Assembly: GCA_964510945.1 (NCBI GenBank)
Contig: CAZEED010000001.1
Location: forward strand, 98,774 to 162,773
From: an uncultured Candidatus Saccharibacteria bacterium
Lineage (GTDB): Bacteria; Patescibacteriota; Saccharimonadia; Saccharimonadales; JAGQNJ01
Direction of reading: 5' to 3'
Length of the DNA stretch: 64,000 bases
The position numbers and the translations under genes are program-made. The notes beneath the pieces are model-generated. The model saw only the letters and a list, made by a program, of their open reading frames with translations, was not told where the DNA came from and searched no databases. Below, piece by piece: positions 58,003-64,000 of the stretch. Numbering within the stretch: the first letter of the stretch is position 1; every line of letters starts with the position of its first letter.

Positions 58003-59055
58003 ATGAGCAAACCACTTCAACAAGTTCAGGACAAGCCAGTAATTTTGACAGGCCTTCGGGCAAATAACGACTTGCACCTCGGTAGCTACCTAGGGGCGAT
58101 GTTACCTATGGCGCAGATGCAAAAGAAATATGGAGAAACCTATCAGTTGAATATGTTTATCCCTGACTTGCACAGTTTTACTACGCCTATCGACCACAGT
58201 AAGCTATACGAGCAATCAATACATAATCTAAAGTTATTTACAGCATCAGGACTAGATATAACTCATCCTGATACATATATATACCGTCAGAGTCGAGTAT
58301 CCGCCCATAGCGAATTAACCGTAATTTTGAACTGTTTTACCTATATGGGCGAGCTTCAGAGGATGACTCAGTTTAAAGAAAAGAGTGCGAAATCAGATTC
58401 CGTTTCTGTTGGACTTTTTGACTATCCGGTTCTTATGGCAGCGGATATTTTGCTTTACGGTGCAAAATACGTTCCGGTAGGGGCCGACCAGACGCAGCAC
58501 GTAGAACTAGCTCGAGATATTGCAATTCGCATGAACAACAAGTTCAACCGAGAATTATTTGTACTGCCAGAGGCCGAGAAAGATCAAATTGCCTTTGCGA
58601 CTCAAGACGAAAGATTACGCGTCAGGGATTTGCTTGATCCTTCTAAAAAAATGAGCAAATCTGACGAAACAGGTAAAGGAGTGATTTTCTTAGGTGATAG
58701 CCCTGAGACAGGTGCAAAAAAGATTATGAGCGCCACGACTGATAGTCTAGGTGAGATTAACTATGATTTTAATAAGCAACCAGGAATTAGTAATCTACTA
58801 GATATCTTAAGTGCACTTACCGATACACCAATAAAAGACACTGTCGCAAAATACAAAGGCCAAACACAATACGGCCCGCTAAAACAAGATGTTGCAGAAG
58901 CTGTAAAAAACTTCTTAACAAATTTCCAAACAAAATTAACGCAAGTTGATGAAAAAGCACTAATGGATAAGCTAGAAGAGTCAGAAAAAGCCATGAACAT
59001 AGTCGCAAACCAAACCCTACACAAAGTCCAAGAAGCCGTCGGTCTCCGTATTTAG
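58003..59055 (+). CDS. trpS: Tryptophan--tRNA ligase
   Basis: 350 aa class I aaRS; GLRANNDLHLGSYLGA (HIGH-type), KMSKS. Confidence 0.88.
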   Translation: MSKPLQQVQDKPVILTGLRANNDLHLGSYLGAMLPMAQMQKKYGETYQLNMFIPDLHSFTTPIDHSKLYEQSIHNLKLFTASGLDITHPDTYIYRQSRVSAHSELTVILNCFTYMGELQRMTQFKEKSAKSDSVSVGLFDYPVLMAADILLYGAKYVPVGADQTQHVELARDIAIRMNNKFNRELFVLPEAEKDQIAFATQDERLRVRDLLDPSKKMSKSDETGKGVIFLGDSPETGAKKIMSATTDSLGEINYDFNKQPGISNLLDILSALTDTPIKDTVAKYKGQTQYGPLKQDVAEAVKNFLTNFQTKLTQVDEKALMDKLEESEKAMNIVANQTLHKVQEAVGLRI

Positions 59056-59056
59056 T

Positions 59057-59917
59057 ATGCAGAAAATCATAGTTGATCAGAATGAGAATACACGGCTTGA
59101 TTTGTTTTTAGTCTCAAAAATCCCCGAATTAAGTAGAAGTTCTATCGCAAAACTAATTAACGACGAAAAAGTATTAGTTAATAAAAAACCTTGTTCTAGT
59201 AAATATAAAACAAAGCTAGATGATGAAATAACTGTATATTTTGATCCTAGAGATTTGGATGAAATTCCAACAATCGATCTACCGATTTTGTATGAGGACG
59301 AAAACTGCGTTGTTATTGATAAGCCCTCGGGCATTTTAACGCATAGTAAAGGTGCATTTAATCCTGAGGCAACTGTAGCGACTTTTATCAGAGAAAAGAT
59401 AACGGATATAGACAGCGAACGGGCAGGTATTGTGCATCGACTAGATAGAGGCACTTCAGGTGTAATTATTTGCGCAAAAAACCAAAAGTCACTGGATTAC
59501 CTGCAAAAGCAATTTGCCGAGAGAAAAACAGTCAAAAAATATATCGCAATTATCGAAGGAGAGATTACCCCGAGCGAAGCCGTAATTGATATGCCGATTG
59601 CCAGAGATGTTAAAAATCCCAAAGCATTCTGTGTGAAAACAAGTGGTAAAAATGCAGTCACCAGCTATAAGGTACTAAAACAACACAATAACTATTCAAT
59701 GCTAAAACTAACCCCAAAAACCGGCAGAACTCATCAATTAAGAGTCCATTTATCACACCAAAAGCACCCAATTGTTGGCGACGACCTCTACGGCGGCAAG
59801 CCATTTAATAGAATTCTGCTTCATGCAAAAGACTTAACAATAAACTTGCCGGAAGGAAAAACAACGACTTTTGAGTCCAAACTGCCGTCCGAATTTACAG
59901 ATATAATGGATATATGA
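59057..59917 (+). CDS. rluD: RluA/RluD-family 23S rRNA pseudouridine synthase
   Basis: S4-like N-domain; catalytic HRLDRGTSGVII; GRTHQLRVHL. Confidence 0.85.
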   Translation: MQKIIVDQNENTRLDLFLVSKIPELSRSSIAKLINDEKVLVNKKPCSSKYKTKLDDEITVYFDPRDLDEIPTIDLPILYEDENCVVIDKPSGILTHSKGAFNPEATVATFIREKITDIDSERAGIVHRLDRGTSGVIICAKNQKSLDYLQKQFAERKTVKKYIAIIEGEITPSEAVIDMPIARDVKNPKAFCVKTSGKNAVTSYKVLKQHNNYSMLKLTPKTGRTHQLRVHLSHQKHPIVGDDLYGGKPFNRILLHAKDLTINLPEGKTTTFESKLPSEFTDIMDI

Positions 59918-60765
59918 CGCAACCTCTAGTAAATCCTCGCACCAAAAATCAAGTTGATGATTTTATTAAAAATCCGTCACACGCTCTAATTATTTCTGGT
60001 CCTGACGGCTCAGGAAAAAATCAATTAACTGAATATATTTCACTGTCTATCCTCGAAACGTCTGATATAAATACTTATCCGTACTTACACAAAATCATGC
60101 CAATTGATAACAAACTTGGTATAGAACAAGTTAGAGAACTGCAAGAACTAACTAAACTTAAAATCCCTAGCAATAAAAGAATCTCTAGAATTGTAATAAT
60201 TGAAAAAGCAGATATTTTGGGTGACGAAGCCCAAAATGCACTGCTAAAAACATTAGAAGAGCCTCCAAAAGACACAATACTAATCTTAATTGTTAATGAT
60301 CAAAATAATCTACTGGGTACTGTAAGCTCAAGAGCAGTAACAATAGAGCTTTTACCTCCCACCAAAGATCAACTTTTAAAGCACTTTACTAATAAAGGTT
60401 TCGACAATACACAGGTTGAACGAGCGATCTTACTGGGATCTAACAGGCCGGAAATCATTAGCGACATACTAGAAAAGAATGAATCTAAATTCGAGAAATC
60501 AATATCTAAAGCAAAAGATATTCTGTCAAACAGTGAGTTTGATAGATTAGTTAAAATTAACGAACTGTCAAAAGACAAACAAGTTTCATCCGAGATTATA
60601 GATTCGCTAATACTAATTGCCCGATCAGCGATGAAGTCAGCAGCAAAACCGGAGCAAGTTAAACGCTGGCATAAGATACTTAAAAATGCTGATAAGGCAA
60701 AACAAATGATGGCCAAAAATGGCAATACCAAAATTATACTAACTGACTTGTTCTTGAACCTATAG
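59914..60765 (+). CDS. holB: DNA polymerase III delta' subunit (clamp-loader AAA+)
   Basis: GPDGSGKNQL P-loop variant, AQNALLKTLEEPP sensor motif. Confidence 0.72.
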   Translation: MTQPLVNPRTKNQVDDFIKNPSHALIISGPDGSGKNQLTEYISLSILETSDINTYPYLHKIMPIDNKLGIEQVRELQELTKLKIPSNKRISRIVIIEKADILGDEAQNALLKTLEEPPKDTILILIVNDQNNLLGTVSSRAVTIELLPPTKDQLLKHFTNKGFDNTQVERAILLGSNRPEIISDILEKNESKFEKSISKAKDILSNSEFDRLVKINELSKDKQVSSEIIDSLILIARSAMKSAAKPEQVKRWHKILKNADKAKQMMAKNGNTKIILTDLFLNL

Positions 60766-60780
60766 TATAATCATGTACAG

Positions 60781-61437
60781 ATGTTAGAACTATTATTTGT
60801 TATAGGATTTGGAGTTATCGCTTATCGGAGCGCTACAATTCGAGACGAGGATTTATCACCACTTCCGCGAAAACTTAGCGACAAACTAGGTCAATTATGG
60901 GGCATAGCCCACCAAGGGATGAAAGATAATAGCCTAATTCGGGCAGAAAAAGCCTTATTGACTATCCTTAAAATTGATAAAAAGAACGCTGCTGCCTATA
61001 ACCGTCTAGGAATCTTGTATGCAAAACAAAAAGAATACAAAGACGCCATAGATTGTTTTGAAATTGCTTCGAGCATCGAAGTTAGCCCGTCTAGTTTGCA
61101 CAACCTAGGTTTGATTTATTACGAAACAGAAAATTATGAAAAAGCCGCGACTGCGTTTGAGCAAGCTTTAAAACTTGAAGATAATCTTGCGGCAAGACAC
61201 GTAGCATACGCAAAAGTCCAAGAAAAATTAGGCAATAATAAACTCATGTTTGCAGAGCTAGAAAAGGCCGTAGAATTAGAGCCTACAAAAGAATCATTAA
61301 AATATCTTCATCAGGCTTATGAAAATAACGATATGCACGAACAAGCAAAAAGTATTCGTCGAAGACTAGACCGCGCGACCGTATCAAAAACAAAACCAAA
61401 AAAGCTTATTCGTCCAAAACGCAGAGTTGTTATTTAA
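60781..61437 (+). CDS. TPR-repeat protein with N-terminal membrane helix
   Basis: Repeated A..YN.LG..Y....Y..A...FE.AL pattern, three to four repeats. Confidence 0.7.
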   Translation: MLELLFVIGFGVIAYRSATIRDEDLSPLPRKLSDKLGQLWGIAHQGMKDNSLIRAEKALLTILKIDKKNAAAYNRLGILYAKQKEYKDAIDCFEIASSIEVSPSSLHNLGLIYYETENYEKAATAFEQALKLEDNLAARHVAYAKVQEKLGNNKLMFAELEKAVELEPTKESLKYLHQAYENNDMHEQAKSIRRRLDRATVSKTKPKKLIRPKRRVVI

Positions 61438-61612
61438 CCCCTGTTCTGATAAAATTTACAGGTACTTTTCGCTGTTTTAACCTAGCTTTTCAACCTAACG
61501 ATTCGATTTATTCGGCTCGAGCGATTGAAAGGCTAAGAAAAAGAAGCGACTAGAGATTGAAGGCAAATATTCGTAGAATGTTAGCGGAAAGTCGACCGTC
61601 GGTTCTGACGAG

Positions 61613-61689
61613 CCGCCTTAGCTCAGTTGGTTAGAGCGACGGTTTTGTAAACCGTAGGTCGTCGGTTCGAATCCGACAGGCGGCTCCAA
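61613..61689 (+). tRNA. tRNA-Thr (anticodon TGT), CCA encoded
   Basis: GCCGCCT/AGGCGGC acceptor, anticodon loop TTTGTAA, T-loop TTCGAAT. Confidence 0.92.
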
Positions 61690-61724
61690 AAGAGACGTAT
61701 GCAACTTTATGTTACAGGCGGCTC

Positions 61725-61737
61725 CACAGAAAACTTC
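61725..61737 (+). repeat. Direct repeat of the tRNA-Thr 3' end (ACAGGCGGCTCCA), copy 2
   Basis: Identical 13-mer to 61677-61689. Confidence 0.85.
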
Positions 61738-61790
61738 TACTAGTTTACTGGAGAGAAGTTTTCGAGGAAGCAACTGCAGCCCGAAGGGCT

Positions 61791-61803
61791 ACAGGCGGCT
61801 CCA
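61791..61803 (+). repeat. Direct repeat of the tRNA-Thr 3' end (ACAGGCGGCTCCA), copy 3
   Basis: Identical 13-mer; preceded by hairpin AGCCC-GAA-GGGCT in a T-arm-like position. Confidence 0.85.
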
Positions 61804-61918
61804 TCCTTCGTCGCTGAAGCTATGAAGGATAAACATATAGAATGCCATGCGAGAGCATTCTAGAACATTTGAGGTGAGTTCAGAGAAGTGTTGACGACCC
61901 GAAACTCGGGTCGTTTAC

Positions 61919-62004
61919 GCAGGGTTAGTGAAGCGGTCAAACACGGCAGACTGTAAATCTGCTGGCTTATGCCTTCGTAGGTTCGAATCCTACACCCTGC
62001 ACCA
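61919..62004 (+). tRNA. tRNA-Tyr (anticodon GTA), long variable arm, CCA encoded
   Basis: GCAGGGT/ACCCTGC acceptor, anticodon loop CTGTAAA, variable arm, T-loop TTCGAAT. Confidence 0.9.
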
Positions 62005-62011
62005 ACTATAG

Positions 62012-62036
62012 AATCCCGCATTTGTGGGATTTTTTA
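62012..62036 (+). terminator. Intrinsic terminator after tRNA-Tyr
   Basis: AATCCC...GGGATT stem followed by TTTTT. Confidence 0.65.
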
Positions 62037-62143
62037 GTTGGTCCTGATTAATAAATTCGAACCGACAGGCGAGAACAGTCGGGGACTGTTTGAGTTATAA
62101 ATATTTATAGCGAGATGCTTTAGCTCTCGAGCGGATAAATCAA

Positions 62144-62166
62144 TTCGAGTCCTACACCCTGCACCA
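62144..62166 (+). repeat. Direct repeat of the tRNA-Tyr 3' end (TTCGAGTCCTACACCCTGCACCA)
   Basis: 22/23 identical to 61982-62004. Confidence 0.85.
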
Positions 62167-62220
62167 ATTCTGTAAAGTATTAAGGACGTCAGAACCGCGT
62201 CCTTTTGTTATAGTAGAGTC

Positions 62221-62379
62221 ATGAATTGTCCTAAATGCAACAAACCGATGCTCAAAGTTCGCTCAGAAATTACCAACAACCTCAAATCAGGTAAAGACTT
62301 TAAGGAGTACAATAAGTTCACATATGAATGTAAAACTGATGACATCTGGGTAACTACTGAGACTCCTGTATCAAAATAG
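62221..62379 (+). CDS. Possible 52-aa zinc-ribbon-like peptide
   Basis: Hand translation MNCPKCNKPMLKVRSEITNNLKSGKDFKEYNKFTYECKTDDIWVTTETPVSK; CPKC plus a single distal Cys only. Confidence 0.3.
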   Translation: MNCPKCNKPMLKVRSEITNNLKSGKDFKEYNKFTYECKTDDIWVTTETPVSK

Positions 62380-62429
62380 ATCGTTATAATTGCTCAAAAG
62401 TTGCTAGAACCATAGCAAAACATAGTAAG

Positions 62430-62795
62430 ATGAAGTATGTAATGGTTGTTTCAGAAGTTGTTATTCATCACAAAGCACGATTTAATGTTGCTGTGCCAAT
62501 TACAACTGACGTAACAGGTGAATGTCTAGATATTGTTCAGGCATATTCAGATTCAATTCCCTCATTGGGAATACCTACATTAGAACATGTGATTCCTGGA
62601 CTAGTAGAAGTAGCATTAGTATCGTGGGAAGAAGCTAGATATAGCAAGAAAGTAATAGATTCATGGGTAAAAATTGGCGCGGGTAGGATATCGTTATCTG
62701 AACTATTCTATTGCCAACCCATACCTCATGATCCAAAAATTACGTATAATAGGGATGAACACTTCAAGCAATTAGAACTAGGTTTGCCAACATAG
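62430..62795 (+). CDS. Hypothetical protein
   Basis: 121-aa ORF, no motif recognised. Confidence 0.4.
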   Translation: MKYVMVVSEVVIHHKARFNVAVPITTDVTGECLDIVQAYSDSIPSLGIPTLEHVIPGLVEVALVSWEEARYSKKVIDSWVKIGAGRISLSELFYCQPIPHDPKITYNRDEHFKQLELGLPT

Positions 62796-62859
62796 CCCCG
62801 CCTGTCTGGTCAGAGGTAAAACATCCATACATATCGATTTTAAGTGGTACAATCAATAC

Positions 62860-63060
62860 ATGGAAAGAATTTCGATCCAAAAAACACCAATTGAAACAAA
62901 GTCCGATGGAGATCACGATACTTTATGGCTCGTAGAACCTAGCGAACAAGCTATAGTGGCTTTCGAAAGAAGAGAAGCCGAGATAATCATGGCAGAAACA
63001 CCTGACCCAGTCTTTGATGCAGATCACTGCATTGGAAGCCTGGTGCTAATGCCGACATAG
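62860..63060 (+). CDS. Hypothetical small acidic protein (3' end overlaps tRNA-Thr by 10 nt)
   Basis: 66-aa ORF only. Confidence 0.25.
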   Translation: MERISIQKTPIETKSDGDHDTLWLVEPSEQAIVAFERREAEIIMAETPDPVFDADHCIGSLVLMPT

Positions 63061-63125
63061 CTCAGGGGTAGAGCGCATCCATGGTAAGGATGAGGTCCTG
63101 GGTTCAAATCCCAGTGTCGGCTCCA
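63051..63125 (+). tRNA. tRNA-Thr (anticodon GGT), CCA encoded
   Basis: GCCGACA/TGTCGGC acceptor, anticodon loop ATGGTAA, T-loop TTCAAAT. Confidence 0.92.
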
Positions 63126-63171
63126 AAATTTATACTTGAATATATCAATCTAATCTGTTAATCTATACTTC

Positions 63172-63378
63172 ATGGCTAAAAAAACAGGTAAACGAAAAAC
63201 TATTGGACTTGTGAGCGAACTCTCAGGTCATCGTCATTATTACACCAACAAGAATCAACAAAATACTCCGGACAAATTAAGCATCAAAAAATACGATCCA
63301 GTAGCCCGAAAACACGCACTTTATACAGAGACAAAGAAGAGTTTGGGCCGCAACGAAGTCAAACCTCGTAAAAAATAG
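63172..63378 (+). CDS. rpmG: 50S ribosomal protein L33 (Cys-less, C-terminal extension)
   Basis: KRKTIGLVSELSGHRHYYTNKNQQNTPDKLSIKKYDPVARKHALYTETK matches the L33 pattern. Confidence 0.85.
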   Translation: MAKKTGKRKTIGLVSELSGHRHYYTNKNQQNTPDKLSIKKYDPVARKHALYTETKKSLGRNEVKPRKK

Positions 63379-63558
63379 TTATCCACACCCCCTCTATTGA
63401 CATTCAGTTTACGTCATGTAAGCTGGTCTTTGTGTCTTTTGTCAGTGAGAGTGGAACGCTGTATTAAAAAGCCCTGGACACACAAACATTAATTAGAAAC
63501 ATATTTCTAAAACAAAAATAACCTAAAAACAAAAGGGCAACAATTAAGAGGAGGTGTT

Positions 63559-64000
63559 ATGCGAAAACTCGCACTACTAGCGATGCTAGTATTGGGTGTA
63601 CTTTTTATTAGTACTACCACAGGATCAGCACATGCTGAAACAATTAAAAAAGTAAGCAAAAGTAAACAGAAAATCGTAACAGTACAAAGTGGTGACTCAT
63701 TAGTAAAAATTGCTAATAAGCACAAAACTACCTATAAACGCATTTTTGATGCGAACAAAAAAATAGAGAGTCCAGACTTGATCTTTCCAGGTCAAAAACT
63801 AAGGATTCCCAAGAAAAGTGAGAAGCTAAGGTCTAGAACAGTAGCACAAGTAGTCTCTGCGCCAGTGACGAGAACTCAACCAGTTGCTGTGGCAGCACCG
63901 CAACCCGCTCCTGCACCAGCCAACTACGCTACAGGCGACAGTGTTTGGGATCAGATTGCTGCATGCGAATCAGGCGGTAATTGGGCCATCAATACCGGCA
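63559..64000 (+). CDS. Secreted LysM-domain protein with Rpf-like transglycosylase domain (3' truncated by window end)
   Basis: Not in the ORF track because it runs off the end. SD AAGAGGAGGTG; signal peptide MRKLALLAMLVLGVLFISTTTGSAHA; LysM VTVQSGDSLVKIANKHKTTYKRIFDANK...LIFPGQKLRIP; Pro/Ala linker; GDSVWDQIAACESGGNWAINTG. Confidence 0.8.
   Translation, partial: MRKLALLAMLVLGVLFISTTTGSAHAETIKKVSKSKQKIVTVQSGDSLVKIANKHKTTYKRIFDANKKIESPDLIFPGQKLRIPKKSEKLRSRTVAQVVSAPVTRTQPVAVAAPQPAPAPANYATGDSVWDQIAACESGGNWAINTG

Noticed and set aside
61677-61803. Possible miniature CRISPR-like array (three identical 13-mers with unique spacers)
   Set aside because: The repeat is only 13 nt and identical to the tRNA-Thr 3' end. 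The spacers are unequal (35 and 53 nt). No cas genes or leader are present. It is better explained as att-site or tRNA-end repeats.
63404-63558. c-di-AMP (ydaO-type) riboswitch upstream of the Rpf-like gene
   Set aside because: Rpf genes are often ydaO-regulated, but this leader lacks the conserved ACGGGGA/GGGTGAATC-type blocks and the pseudo-twofold architecture. Only a simple hairpin is visible.
1-64000. Search for transposases, integrases, phage structural genes, CRISPR-cas, toxin-antitoxin pairs, defence systems and rRNA
   Set aside because: None of the translated ORFs shows DDE, tyrosine/serine recombinase, Cas, or known defence or TA motifs that I can recognise, and there is no rRNA-like sequence. 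The mobility signals in this window are limited to repeats and scars.

Overview
The window is A+T-rich bacterial chromosome, almost entirely plus-strand housekeeping genes. In order it carries pepN (minus), nusA, clpC, radA, a class A PBP (minus), recG, rsmD, tRNA-Leu, hisS, tig and clpP. These are followed by rpoB-rpoC, rpsL-rpsG-fusA, tuf, and a complete S10-spc-alpha-rplM/rpsI ribosomal protein cluster (rpsJ to rpsI with secY, infA, rpmJ, rpoA). The remainder holds trpS, an RluD-family synthase, holB, a TPR protein, tRNA-Thr/Tyr/Thr, rpmG and a truncated LysM-Rpf-like gene.

Three things suggest a reduced genome of the Patescibacteria/CPR type, possibly Saccharibacteria. There is no rpmD between rpsE and rplO. 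There is no adk or map after secY. Many r-proteins carry Lys-rich extensions. This placement is inference only and was not verified.

No rRNA, CRISPR array, cas gene, transposase or integrase is visible. The interesting content is what interrupts the conserved backbone:
1. Three tandem divergent paralogs of an unrecognised membrane-anchored two-Cys protein sit antisense between fusA and tuf. One is disconnected from its start codon by an A7-versus-A8 tract.
2. A family of about 180-190 nt foldback elements occurs in three copies with compensatory helix changes. One copy lies between rpsJ and rplC, and an inverted pair lies after rpsI.
3. Next to that inverted pair is a visibly more G+C-rich operon. 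It encodes a TrpD-like/HAD fusion, an AstE/AspA-family deacylase and a nucleoside hydrolase, behind a promoter-terminator leader, with a G5-tract frameshift at its start.
4. Near-consensus CIRCE operators overlap TTGACA boxes in front of both clpC and clpP.
5. A diverged second copy of the clpP 3' end sits downstream of an orphan gene and looks like a recombination scar.
6. Direct repeats of tRNA-Thr and tRNA-Tyr 3' ends resemble att-site remnants.
7. Small translationally coupled ORFs lie inside the r-protein operons (rplV/rpsC and rpsG/fusA).

All functional calls come from motif recognition by eye. No database search was run.
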